Positions 18,140 to 27,019 of a stretch of DNA of 32,000 nt are shown here, piece after piece. A program made the translations under genes and the position numbers. Below the pieces are notes generated by a model. It did no database searches. It was given only the letters and a program-made list of their open reading frames with translations, and was not told where the DNA came from. Numbering within the stretch: the stretch's first letter is position 1; the number at the start of each line of letters is the position of its first letter. Where the stretch lies: the NCBI GenBank assembly GCA_025340205.1, contig CP006868.1:960001-992000 (forward strand). Direction: 5' to 3'. The stretch comes from Ignicoccus pacificus DSM 13166 (GTDB taxonomy: Archaea > Thermoproteota > Thermoprotei_A > Sulfolobales > Ignicoccaceae).

Positions 18140-18775
18140 TTGCAAAAAGTTCTCTCTCCCCTATCGTTTGGGGTTCCGAGATTGCTCCGTCCGGTGCTGT
18201 TAATAGACCATAGGGACAGTTTCGTCCATAACGTAGAACAGATACTCCAAGAGCTCGGCGCTCCGGTAGTTACCCTAAGGAGCAATGAGATAAGCTTGAG
18301 GGCTGTGGATAGAATGAGACCGAGCGCTATAGTGCTCTCCCCTGGCCCTGGGAACCCCTATACCCAAAGGGATAGATTCAGGATTAGTATCGAGATCGTA
18401 AAGAGATTCCATAAGAAGATACCGATCTTGGGGATATGCTTGGGTTTACAGATAATAAACGTTGCTATGGGAGGTACGCTGAGAAGGGCCAAGAGGATAT
18501 ACCATGGTATAGTTGATGAGGTAATGAAGACTAAGGATTCGCCGATATTCTTCGGAGTCCCGGAGAGGTTCGAGGGAACCAGGTATCACTCGTTAGTAAT
18601 AGATGAGCTCGGGAGGGGACTTAAGGTAACTGCACTCTCGCTTTCCGATGGAGAGATAATGGCGATTGAAGGGGAGAACTTGTACGGGGTTCAGTTCCAC
18701 CCAGAAAGCGTAGGGAGTCTACCACTAGGAAAAAAGATATTGATGAACTTCTTGAACTTAAGTATAAAGATTTAA
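18140..18775 (+). CDS. trpG: Anthranilate synthase component II (glutamine amidotransferase)
   Basis: VLLIDHRDSFVHNVEQILQELG, SPGPGNP, ILGICLGLQIIN, GVQFHPESVGS. The start may be the internal GTG at 18194 (MLLIDHRDSF). Confidence 0.92.
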   Translation: MQKVLSPLSFGVPRLLRPVLLIDHRDSFVHNVEQILQELGAPVVTLRSNEISLRAVDRMRPSAIVLSPGPGNPYTQRDRFRISIEIVKRFHKKIPILGICLGLQIINVAMGGTLRRAKRIYHGIVDEVMKTKDSPIFFGVPERFEGTRYHSLVIDELGRGLKVTALSLSDGEIMAIEGENLYGVQFHPESVGSLPLGKKILMNFLNLSIKI

Positions 18776-19281
18776 CAGTTTATTTTCCCTAAGAATACCT
18801 TAATCGCCTCGAGTAGACACTTGGGGTTCAGGGATACAGCCGGGACCCTCTTCGCGTATTCGCAATATTCTGGACAGAAGCTCTGATGAACCAACTTCTC
18901 TTCAACATATAGTATGAACGCCAATCCAAAGGCCACGCCCCACCCGGATAGGGCTATCCCGCAAGGGGTTCCGAGGATCAACGCAATCGCTAAGGGCATT
19001 AGTGAGGAGCCGAACTGGTTAGGATGTCTCATACAAGAGTATATTCCTGCGGTAACCAGCTTGTCGGGAGGCGTGAACCTCTTCGCTTCCCTTGAATGGC
19101 CGCACAACCGCAGAGCCCTTCCAGCAGCGCTGGACACAAGAAGAGCGGAGATCAAGAGAATTAAACCGAAAGGCCATGTCCAAGGTATTCTATTTATACC
19201 GAGAAGAGAGTCGAGGTAATAGCCTATCAGAGCTGGGAGGAAGTAGACGAGTATCCAGAAGATCACCTTAGCTTTCCACAA
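18772..19281 (-). CDS. Isoprenylcysteine/phospholipid methyltransferase-like integral membrane methyltransferase
   Basis: GIYSCMRHPNQFGSSLMPLAIAL...VEEKLVHQSFCPEYCEYAKRVPAVSLNP, typical ICMT/PEMT C-terminal signature. Confidence 0.75.
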   Translation of the reverse strand: MWKAKVIFWILVYFLPALIGYYLDSLLGINRIPWTWPFGLILLISALLVSSAAGRALRLCGHSREAKRFTPPDKLVTAGIYSCMRHPNQFGSSLMPLAIALILGTPCGIALSGWGVAFGLAFILYVEEKLVHQSFCPEYCEYAKRVPAVSLNPKCLLEAIKVFLGKINC

Positions 19282-19300
19282 AGCCCTTCGGCCCGTTGAA

Positions 19301-19325
19301 CCTTATCAAGGACGGAGTGATAAGG
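19301..19325. promoter_or_regulatory. Perfect 8-bp inverted repeat CCTTATCA-N9-TGATAAGG in divergent promoter region
   Basis: Centre at 19313, nearly equidistant from the divergent starts at 19281 (minus) and 19342 (plus). Confidence 0.55.
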
Positions 19326-19341
19326 TCATCTGGAGGTAAGC

Positions 19342-19593
19342 TTGGAGTACCCTCCAGCCGCAATTGCTAGGGTCTTGAGAAGAAAGTACTACGTGGCTAG
19401 ACATGCCGATTGGTTGCTTGTAATGGACAAGGACTGTAAGAGCTACTTGGCGACGGTCTACGTCTATCCCAGGGCGAAAGAGGTCGTCGTGGTCGATAGG
19501 GACGAGGTTACGAGGGATGTAATGGAGGCCTTGAAAGAGTTAGGCCTAGAATTTAAGGTAACCAAAAGAGTCCCTCAGTACCAGATGCTTTAA
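19342..19593 (+). CDS. Hypothetical protein (83 aa)
   Basis: TTG start preceded by Shine-Dalgarno-like ggaggt at 19332-19337. Soluble, charge-balanced sequence. Confidence 0.6.
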   Translation: MEYPPAAIARVLRRKYYVARHADWLLVMDKDCKSYLATVYVYPRAKEVVVVDRDEVTRDVMEALKELGLEFKVTKRVPQYQML

Positions 19594-20326
19594 GATGTAA
19601 ACACTTGGTCCTAGGATCCGGGCTTTCCATAAGAGAGGTTCCCACAAGCGCTCCTCTGAATCCCCAAGCACCAACCTTGAACGCGTCCCTCGAGGTCTTC
19701 AAACCGGATTCTGCCAAGGGGAAGCTTTTTTCTATAACTCTACCTCCCCTCGCTATTCTGTTTATATCTACCTTAAGCGTCTTGAAATCTCTTGAGTTTA
19801 TCCCTAACACGTCGACGTAAGCGGCACCGTCGAAGGAGAGGGCGTCTTCAGGAGAAGAGACCTCTACCAGAGTTTGAAGACCTTTTGCTTTCACCAGCTT
19901 GGCAAGGTATCTGAGCTCGTCCTCTCCTAGGACGTCGTACATGAGGAGTACCGCGTCGGCCCCAAAAGAGTAGGCCGCCTCTACTTGGATCTCATCTATC
20001 ACGAAATCTTTGAATAGTAAGGGCCTATCGGTAAGGAGACTTATCTTCTTTAAGTTTAAATAACTTCCTTTGAACCAATAGGGTTCTGTTAGTACTGAAA
20101 TCGCCGAAGCACAAGGGGAAACTCTTGGGATGTACTCCTCTAGCTTCCATCGGGCTCTTACTCCACTAGGAGAAGAGGGCTTGAACTCGGCTATTATGGA
20201 GAAGGCACCCCTTTCCAACGATGCCCTAAAGTCCACTATTCCCTTCTCCCTCTTTGGGAGGAGAAGGGACCTCCTCTCTTCTTTCACCCTCTCCTCAGTT
20301 CTTTCTATTATCTTTTTGAGTATCAT
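19553..20326 (-). CDS. trpC: Indole-3-glycerol phosphate synthase
   Basis: FSIIAEFKPSSPSG, ISVLTEPYWFKGSYLNL, LLFKDFVIDEIQVEAAYSFGADAVLL, LGINSRDFKTLKVD. Confidence 0.95.
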   Translation of the reverse strand: MILKKIIERTEERVKEERRSLLLPKREKGIVDFRASLERGAFSIIAEFKPSSPSGVRARWKLEEYIPRVSPCASAISVLTEPYWFKGSYLNLKKISLLTDRPLLFKDFVIDEIQVEAAYSFGADAVLLMYDVLGEDELRYLAKLVKAKGLQTLVEVSSPEDALSFDGAAYVDVLGINSRDFKTLKVDINRIARGGRVIEKSFPLAESGLKTSRDAFKVGAWGFRGALVGTSLMESPDPRTKCLHLKASGTEGLFWLP

Positions 20327-21117
20327 AGAGCTCCCGACTGTGCTATTCTGTTAAGAAGGTTCTTAAGCAAGGACTTGGCCCTCCTCTCCGCCTCTTCCTT
20401 ACTCTCAGCCGATGCCATTATGCATAACTTCACGAAGCTCTTCCCGTTCTCAATTCCAGGATGGGTCTTGACGTATATCTCAGGGTGTTCCTTCGCAAAC
20501 TCGGCTATCATGGGGGCTATATCGGCTTCCCTTACTCCTTCCAACCTCTCACAAGCCTCTGCCCTTACCATTAAGTTCTCCTTCTCAAGTATCGGCAGCA
20601 CGTACTTCTCCATCATAGCTTCCATCTCCTTGGGAACTCCTGGAAGGCTGAATATCTTAGTTCTGGGCGTGAAGAGGGCTATCCCGGGCGCCACGCCTAC
20701 GGGATTGGGTATGGGAACCGATATGCATGGTATTATAGCCATCTTCTTCCTGGTATCGTCCAATTTAAGTCCCATCTTTTCGAGCCTCTCCCTCACCATC
20801 TCCAATGCGTCATCCTTCAAGCACAGCGGACTTCCGACGGCATATGCCAAGGCCTCTGCAGTCAAGTCGTCGTACGTGGGGCCAAGGCCCCCAGTAGTTA
20901 TTATGACTCCGTTATCTAGCATGAGTTCCTTTATGGTCTTAGCTATTACCTCCACATCGTCTCTAACCTTCCTTATCTCAGTTACGTCATATCCTATCAT
21001 CGTTAGCATCTTCGCTATCTTGTAGGAATTGGTATCGAGAACGCGTCCTATCAATATCTCGTTTCCTATTACTACTATAGCTGCCTTCCAGAATTTATTA
21101 AATATTAATGACGACAT
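20323..21117 (-). CDS. CinA-like competence/damage-inducible family protein, molybdopterin-binding (MoCF) domain
   Basis: VVIGNEILIGRVLDTNSYKIAKML, VIITTGGLGPTYDDLTAEAL, FSLPGVPKEMEAMM. Confidence 0.88.
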   Translation of the reverse strand: MSSLIFNKFWKAAIVVIGNEILIGRVLDTNSYKIAKMLTMIGYDVTEIRKVRDDVEVIAKTIKELMLDNGVIITTGGLGPTYDDLTAEALAYAVGSPLCLKDDALEMVRERLEKMGLKLDDTRKKMAIIPCISVPIPNPVGVAPGIALFTPRTKIFSLPGVPKEMEAMMEKYVLPILEKENLMVRAEACERLEGVREADIAPMIAEFAKEHPEIYVKTHPGIENGKSFVKLCIMASAESKEEAERRAKSLLKNLLNRIAQSGAL

Positions 21118-21132
21118 GGTTCTAGGAGCACC

Positions 21133-21927
21133 TCATTTTAGTTCGGAGAGCAAGGTCTCCGCGAGCTTCTTTCCGGAAGCTAGCATGCCTCCGAATATGG
21201 GCCCCATTCTGGGTAGTCTGTAGAAGCTCGCCACGGACATTCCAGCAGCATAGAGTCCATCTAGTATCTTTCCGGTGTACTTGACCACCATCCTCTCCCC
21301 CTCACTCGCCCAAGCACCGTATTCCCTAGAGACCTTGAAGTTGACGTTAGGAAGCTTCTCAGAGGCAACCTTTAGCACTTCGGCGTCGTGACCTGTGGCG
21401 TCTACCACGGCCTTTGACATGAAGAATATGGGATCAACGTGGAGACCAGATATGTAAATGGGAGACCAGAGGGCAACCACGCCCCTAACCTTAGTTACAC
21501 CATCCTCTACCCTGTAGATCAAGTCCTCGACGTGAACGCCCATTATGATTTTCGCTCCAGCATCTACAGCCGCGTTGCTGAGCTTGGCTACCAGTGCGGC
21601 GGCGTCAGTTATGTAGAACTCTTCGTCGTACTTCTCGAGGGGGACTCCGAGCTCTTCAGCTATCTCCTTAGGGTTGTAACCCTCTAAGTCGGCGTCCTCG
21701 ACTACCACTTTGTGAAACAAGCTCCCTCCTCCTGCGATCCCTCCTCCCATGCTGACCCTTCTCTCAAAGATTACGGTCCTCAATCCTCCCTTCGCTAGGT
21801 AGTGAGCGGCGGTAAGTCCAGCGGGCCCGGCTCCCACTATTATTACATCAACGCCCCTCGCTATCTCCATTAGCTCCTTCGAGCTTCTCTCAATAATAGC
21901 TTTAGTGATGGAGGCCTCGTCGAACAT
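21133..21927 (-). CDS. thi4: Thiazole synthase Thi4 family (archaeal type)
   Basis: VDVIIVGAGPAGLTAAHYLAKGGLRTVIFERRVSMGGGIAGGGSLF, VDATGHDAEV, GMSVASFYRLPRMGPIFGGMLASGKK. Confidence 0.93.
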   Translation of the reverse strand: MFDEASITKAIIERSSKELMEIARGVDVIIVGAGPAGLTAAHYLAKGGLRTVIFERRVSMGGGIAGGGSLFHKVVVEDADLEGYNPKEIAEELGVPLEKYDEEFYITDAAALVAKLSNAAVDAGAKIIMGVHVEDLIYRVEDGVTKVRGVVALWSPIYISGLHVDPIFFMSKAVVDATGHDAEVLKVASEKLPNVNFKVSREYGAWASEGERMVVKYTGKILDGLYAAGMSVASFYRLPRMGPIFGGMLASGKKLAETLLSELK

Positions 21928-21991
21928 ACTCGCTACCGAAGGCTCTATGAGGTGGACGAGATATAAAGGAAAGTCGGTTAATCGATCAAAC

Positions 21992-22144
21992 TCAGAGCTC
22001 GGCCTTCTTGACGACAGTGTGAAACGTGTTCCTTCCGCAGACCCTACAGTAGTGATAAATCCTACCTATGCTCTCCAAGTCATAGCTTCCCAAGAAAAGC
22101 CACATCTGACCGCATCTCTCGCACTTCAAGTACCAGCTGGTCAT
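21992..22144 (-). CDS. Small zinc-ribbon protein (50 aa), absent from the ORF track
   Basis: MTSWYLKCERCGQMWLFLGSYDLESIGRIYHYCRVCGRNTFHTVVKKAEL*. Two C-x2-C pairs. ATG overlaps the flpA TGA (ATGA). Bases cross-checked against the opposite-strand track ORF 21905..22174. Confidence 0.8.
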   Translation of the reverse strand: MTSWYLKCERCGQMWLFLGSYDLESIGRIYHYCRVCGRNTFHTVVKKAEL

Positions 22145-22857
22145 TGCTTAGACCTCCTGTGGAACCTGGCGTAAATCATGGCGTGGTCCTTATCGAAGGG
22201 ATCTAGGTGAACGATATCCAATATCTCAAATCCTCTGTTCTTCAGTATCTCTATCTCCCTCCTGAAGACTTCCTCCGGGCTCTTAGTGACGTCAACGCTC
22301 CTAGCCTTTATCGCCATTAACATGTATCCTCCATCTTTCAAGAAGAAGTCGGCGTTATCAGCAACTATTTCCGCTTGGTTCGGCTGAGCCACGTCCGCGT
22401 ACAGTCCATCGGTGGCCTCCGCTAGGTGACGGTACTCCCTAGGCTTCCTGGCATCTCCTAGTATGGGGAAGATGTTCTTCCTCTCCTCCGCTAAGGTTAC
22501 GAACTCTCTCATTACCCTAGGGGCGAACTCCACTCCGTAGAGCCTTCCCTCGGGTCCTATGATGTCGGATATGTGACTGGGAGTGGTTCCGGTAGCAGCT
22601 CCCAAGTAGAGAAGGCTGTCTCCAGGCTTTATGGGGAGCTCCTCTATACCCTTTACCAAAGCGGCGGCCAACTTGGATCTATAGATGTTCCACTCTCTGT
22701 ATTCCTCCCCCTCCCACTGGTAGAGCTTCTCTCCATAGACTCTCTTCCCTGGCACCATGTTCTTGGTAGCCAACCTTACGCTTCCGTCCTCGAGCTCTAT
22801 GATGTATACGTTCGGGTAATGAGGATGTTCATAGACGTTGACAACTTCAAGCGCCAC
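22141..22857 (-). CDS. flpA: Fibrillarin-like rRNA/tRNA 2'-O-methyltransferase
   Basis: TKNMVPGKRVYGE, EYREWNIYRSKLAAAL, LYLGAATGTTPSHISDIIG, GVEFAPRVMREF, DVAQPNQAEI. Confidence 0.97.
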   Translation of the reverse strand: MALEVVNVYEHPHYPNVYIIELEDGSVRLATKNMVPGKRVYGEKLYQWEGEEYREWNIYRSKLAAALVKGIEELPIKPGDSLLYLGAATGTTPSHISDIIGPEGRLYGVEFAPRVMREFVTLAEERKNIFPILGDARKPREYRHLAEATDGLYADVAQPNQAEIVADNADFFLKDGGYMLMAIKARSVDVTKSPEEVFRREIEILKNRGFEILDIVHLDPFDKDHAMIYARFHRRSKQ

Positions 22858-22917
22858 AGTTCCATCCCCGCGAGGAATAGACTAGGGGGTTATAGGCTAG
22901 GTAGAAGTTACACCGTC

Positions 22918-23244
22918 TTGAGAGCTTTTAGTCCCTCAGTGATTAAGATCCTTTGGGGAATCTTGAGAAACGACAAAGTGAAAATGGTTACCGGCGTTTT
23001 CTCGATCGTGTTGATCCTCTACGGTTTGATTTACCTCTTGAGCTCGATACTAGGAGGAGTAGCGCTACAAGTTATTGTCAAGCTTACCGTATTCATCATT
23101 GGATTGTTCTTGCTTTTCGCAGGCATAAAACTCCTTGAGATAACGAGGACCACTTTACCTCCCTCTCCCGAGGAAGTGGAGGAAGCTTACAGGGAGGAGC
23201 TGGAGGAGCTCAAGAGGTACATTGAAGAACTTAGAAGGAAATGA
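22918..23244 (+). CDS. Hypothetical membrane protein with two TM segments and charged C-terminal helix
   Basis: The track ORF opens at 22573 inside antisense flpA. A TTG at 22918 gives MRAFSPSVIKILWGILRNDKVKMVTGVFSIVLILYGLIYLLSSILGG...VFIIGLFLLFAGIKLLEITR...YREELEELKRYIEELRRK. Confidence 0.65.
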   Translation: MRAFSPSVIKILWGILRNDKVKMVTGVFSIVLILYGLIYLLSSILGGVALQVIVKLTVFIIGLFLLFAGIKLLEITRTTLPPSPEEVEEAYREELEELKRYIEELRRK

Positions 23245-23247
23245 GGT

Positions 23248-24288
23248 GTGACGATGGCTAAGCTAGAGGTAATAAAGATGGAGAGGGAGGAGATAGAGAG
23301 CGCTTCTATAACCATATTGTATAAGACTTCCCATAGAAGAGACATCTACGATCTCACGCTAAGATCAATTCTAAGAGCTAAGGGTGTTGATGCTGCTATC
23401 TTCGTCTTAAACAACCCTCCCGACGATTCCAAGGAGTTTTTGCTGAATATAATAAATGAAGAGCTAAAAAGGGGAGTAGACAAGGACATCTACATAATTG
23501 AAAGCTCAAAAAACTTGGGCTTCGGGAACGGTAACAACTTGGGTTACGAGCTCGCCAAGTCTCTGGGAGCTAAGTACGTGGTTCTAATCAACGACGACTT
23601 CTTAGTGCGTGAGGAAGTAATAGGTGAGTTGAAGGAGATGTTAGAAAGAACCGATTACAGCGGCATCTCCGGAATAGTGCTGAACCCAGATTTTACCATC
23701 CAAGTTTACGGAAGCTACCTCTGTCACGACCGTTCTCGTCAACCTTACCAATGGAAGGCGAGGAAAGGAATACCCTTGTATCCTACATACTTGTGCGGAT
23801 GTTTTTCGATCTATAAGGTAAAGGACTTGGAAGAGTGTGGAGGCCTCTTCCTCAAGCCTCACTTCATTTACGCTGAGGACACTGAGCTGGGGATTAGACT
23901 TTGGAGGTGCGGTAAGAGGATAGTTGAAGTGCCCGTGGTAGTCGGGGTGCACTATCAAGGAACGAGCATGGTAGGAAAGAAGAGAAGAAGGGACTTGAGG
24001 TTCTCCTTAGCTCTACACAGAGCGGACGGGTGTGTCCACGCTAAGAGGTACCCTCCTAGCGATCCCTTTACCTTCCTCTACTCTCTGATCTACTTTATAG
24101 AGACTATAGCTACCGCCCCATTGCCTTCAATGCCCTTACACCTTTTCATGAGGTTGATAGGTGCAATCGAGTGCTGGAAGGAGAAGACAGTTGCAAAAGA
24201 GCCTAGGTTACTCGACCCGACCTGCTTGCTTCCCATAACGCTCAGGGCCCTCTATAAAGCAGAAAGACTTGGTAAATCTAAGACTTAG
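23248..24288 (+). CDS. Family 2 glycosyltransferase (rhamnosyl-like)
   Basis: SITILYKTSHRRDIYDLTLRSIL, NNPPDDSKEF, NLGFGNGNNLGYELA, VVLINDDFLV, PHFIYAEDTELGIRLWRCG. Confidence 0.88.
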   Translation: MTMAKLEVIKMEREEIESASITILYKTSHRRDIYDLTLRSILRAKGVDAAIFVLNNPPDDSKEFLLNIINEELKRGVDKDIYIIESSKNLGFGNGNNLGYELAKSLGAKYVVLINDDFLVREEVIGELKEMLERTDYSGISGIVLNPDFTIQVYGSYLCHDRSRQPYQWKARKGIPLYPTYLCGCFSIYKVKDLEECGGLFLKPHFIYAEDTELGIRLWRCGKRIVEVPVVVGVHYQGTSMVGKKRRRDLRFSLALHRADGCVHAKRYPPSDPFTFLYSLIYFIETIATAPLPSMPLHLFMRLIGAIECWKEKTVAKEPRLLDPTCLLPITLRALYKAERLGKSKT

Positions 24289-24299
24289 CTGTCCTCAGC

Positions 24300-24578
24300 G
24301 TGGCCGGTGACTACGTCAACCAACTTTCAACGATAGCTTGGGTGACCTACCTAGCTTACGGAGTAGTTGCTGCCTTGATGGCACTCTACAGCGCCGTAAA
24401 GCTCTTTGGAGAGATCGGCGACGCGCTAGGAGCGCTCCTCAGCATAGCCTTCGCCTTGTTCGCCGTGATTACGGCAGTAGCTCATTTAAGTAACAGTGCT
24501 GTGCTGATAACGTTAGACGCGCTGGCTTTGATAGCGATAAGCGCTATTCAAGTGGTAATTGCAATAAAGGCCGAGTAA
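24300..24578 (+). CDS. Small multi-TM hypothetical membrane protein
   Basis: 92 aa, about three hydrophobic segments (WVTYLAYGVVAALMALYSAV, ALLSIAFALFAVITAVAHL, VLITLDALALIAISAIQVVIAI). Confidence 0.6.
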   Translation: MAGDYVNQLSTIAWVTYLAYGVVAALMALYSAVKLFGEIGDALGALLSIAFALFAVITAVAHLSNSAVLITLDALALIAISAIQVVIAIKAE

Positions 24579-24580
24579 GG

Positions 24581-27019
24581 TTATTCGAAGTCAAACAGCT
24601 TTTTACCTTTCATGGCTAAGAACATCTCCACGCTGGAGTTGCTTACTCCAGTGCCGCCCTCCTTCTCTATTCCCCAATAGTGTCTTAGCGTTCTTCTACC
24701 GAACTCCTTGAGCACGGCTACTTGCTTCTTGAAGCCTATTCTAGTTTCTTCGAACACCTCTTCCCAGTCCCTTCCTTGTAGCACTTTTGTTATCATTACG
24801 ATCTTGGTGTCCTCGTCCAGCTCCGGCCTCCACGCCCTCGGCTGGGACCAGTAGATCAAGGCCAATCTGTAAATCAAGTCGCTAGCCGCCTCGAAGGTCA
24901 TCGGCCCGTAGGAGTAGACCCATAGCCTATCTATATCCACTGGATGGAGGTCAGGGACCTTGAGCTTCGGCTCTATCGGTATGGGATCGGTCTCCAGTAT
25001 CAGCTTGGCAGCGTCCCACTCAAGGCCTCTGTAGTTGAGGTGTAGGGAGAGCAACACCTTTCTCCTGAACAATCTATTGGCCTCCAATATCATGTCGTTT
25101 AGCTTGGGACTCAAAGGCTTCGCTACCAGTATGGTAAACTCTCCGCTGGTGGGATTTCTATCAGGGCTCATGTGGACTGGCAAGAAACCCGACCGGATCC
25201 AGAACCTCAAGAGCTGTGCGGTAACTCCGAAGCCGGAGGCCACCCAGTCGTAGCCCCTCTTCTTGGCCTCCTCGCTCATTCTCTGCAATCCAAAGGTACC
25301 GATGCCCTTTCCTTGCACGTCCGGATGAGTGGCTATTCTGACAACCCTCCACCCTTTAGTCTTCGCAAAGTCCAAGACCCTCAGATGCTTCAGGAACCTG
25401 TCGGGGATGATGTTGCCCGGGATCTTACCTCCTCTGAGCAAGTCCACTACCATGTCGTCGGGAATGGGTCCTTCCTCCGCTAGCTGAAGGGCTCCTACGA
25501 CCTTCCCGGTCTCCGTGGCTACAGCCCTCACCGTATGATGAGGGGCGTCAGCGATCATTCCTAAGTCGTCCGGTTCATTTCTGTAGTGTGCCAGAACGTA
25601 TATCCCGAAGAGCTGCCTTAGAGTCTCCTCCCCCTCCTTAGAGAAGAGCCAATGAGGATCAAGCTTGAGGTACTTGAGCCTTCCCTCTTCTATAGCCTTC
25701 AAGTCCTCTTCATCGAGCTTTGCGGGTTCGGCGTCCAAGAGGAGAACGTCGTAAAGCCACCTCTCGACGGGGTCCCCCTTAGCGTATCTTATAGGTTCAT
25801 CCATGGTGACATGCTTCAGCTCCGTTTCCTTATCCTTTTTGAGTACGGGTAAGAACCTTACGTTGAAGCCCCTTCCCGCCCCCTCGTAACCGTGAATGGT
25901 AGTTGCGAATACGCTCCTCTTGTGGTTCCTCCATATCTTGTGGAGGACGGGAACGGGAATTCCTGCAGCTTCATCAACGACTACCATGTCGGCGTTTCTC
26001 TCAGCAGCCTCCAGGGGAGGCCAGTACTCTACGCTCCAGCCCTCTCCGTGAACTTCGTAGATCAGACCCTTCCTCTCTATTTTCTTAGTCTTCATGCCTA
26101 ACGTTTGTGCTGCTTTTATGAGCAAGTTGAAGAGCGTTTGAACGCCCAAAGGCTCTGCGCTGGTGACTATTACCTTGGTAAAGGCATTTTTTGACTTAGG
26201 GAATATGTAGACGAAACCAGCCAGTCCTATTCCGACCGCCCCGCTCTTACCCCTTCCCCTGTCAGCGGTCACTATGAGCACTCTGTGTCTCTTCTTCCTC
26301 CCCAACATCCACTCTAAGCTCTTTATTACGTTCACTTGGTCTTGGGTAAGGGCTAAGGAGTAAAGCTTCCTCGGGAACTGACCCTTTTCAGGAGGCTCGG
26401 GCTTTTTGGGAACGTACTTGGGACTCTCAAACTTCTCCTGTTTTATTATCCTTTCCTCATCGGCATGCCAGACGTGGCTTGGATGCTCCATTATCTTCCT
26501 CTTGAACCAAGTGATGAAGACGTGCCTGGGTTCGGGATACTGAGGAACGCACAAGTTCATCTTGAACAAGGTCTTCAGCGTATCCCAGTTCTCCCACTTC
26601 GGTACGAGCAAGATTACGGGGGAGCCTCCCTCAACTACCTCCACAAGTCTGCCCACGTCGTTTGGCTTGAGGTCCTTAGTTAGGTCCAATACTAACCCTT
26701 GGTAGGTGGTTCCTAGAAGACGGTTGGAAGCCTCGTACACGTTTATATCAAGTTTGAAGGTCTCTGCCTTTTCCTTAACAGCCTCTTTTACAATATCCTT
26801 TATCTTCCTAGCCTCTGGGAACTCGTCATGAAAGACGTATAGGACCCTCCCATCTTCTAGACCCCTTATCCTCCTAAGCCTATCGTAGGTAAGCAACACC
26901 TCCTTAGCGGCCTCGCCCACCTTCTCGGGGTCGTCTCCGGAAATCACCACGAGTCTTCTGTGTCTTCCTTCCATAGCGTTTTCCAAATCCTCTTCCAGCT
27001 CTGTCAAGAACTTCTTCAT
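24581..27019 (-). CDS. tmcA: tRNA(Met) cytidine acetyltransferase (TmcA; Kre33/NAT10 family)
   Basis: TSAEP...TYQGLVLDL, TADRGRGKSGAVGIGLAG, VVVDEAAGIPVPVLHKI, FATTIHGYEGAGRGF, RVVRIATHPDVQGKGIG. Confidence 0.93.
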   Translation of the reverse strand: MKKFLTELEEDLENAMEGRHRRLVVISGDDPEKVGEAAKEVLLTYDRLRRIRGLEDGRVLYVFHDEFPEARKIKDIVKEAVKEKAETFKLDINVYEASNRLLGTTYQGLVLDLTKDLKPNDVGRLVEVVEGGSPVILLVPKWENWDTLKTLFKMNLCVPQYPEPRHVFITWFKRKIMEHPSHVWHADEERIIKQEKFESPKYVPKKPEPPEKGQFPRKLYSLALTQDQVNVIKSLEWMLGRKKRHRVLIVTADRGRGKSGAVGIGLAGFVYIFPKSKNAFTKVIVTSAEPLGVQTLFNLLIKAAQTLGMKTKKIERKGLIYEVHGEGWSVEYWPPLEAAERNADMVVVDEAAGIPVPVLHKIWRNHKRSVFATTIHGYEGAGRGFNVRFLPVLKKDKETELKHVTMDEPIRYAKGDPVERWLYDVLLLDAEPAKLDEEDLKAIEEGRLKYLKLDPHWLFSKEGEETLRQLFGIYVLAHYRNEPDDLGMIADAPHHTVRAVATETGKVVGALQLAEEGPIPDDMVVDLLRGGKIPGNIIPDRFLKHLRVLDFAKTKGWRVVRIATHPDVQGKGIGTFGLQRMSEEAKKRGYDWVASGFGVTAQLLRFWIRSGFLPVHMSPDRNPTSGEFTILVAKPLSPKLNDMILEANRLFRRKVLLSLHLNYRGLEWDAAKLILETDPIPIEPKLKVPDLHPVDIDRLWVYSYGPMTFEAASDLIYRLALIYWSQPRAWRPELDEDTKIVMITKVLQGRDWEEVFEETRIGFKKQVAVLKEFGRRTLRHYWGIEKEGGTGVSNSSVEMFLAMKGKKLFDFE

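Noticed and set aside
21992-22144. Apparent frameshift in the middle of the small zinc-ribbon ORF
   Set aside because: It came from a mis-read of the line around 22041-22050. Cross-checking against the opposite-strand track protein (VPSADPTVVINPTYALQ) shows the frame is continuous.
22573-22917. N-terminal extension of the 223-aa plus ORF
   Set aside because: It lies antisense to flpA and is Ser/Leu-rich without domain character. The plausible protein begins near 22918.
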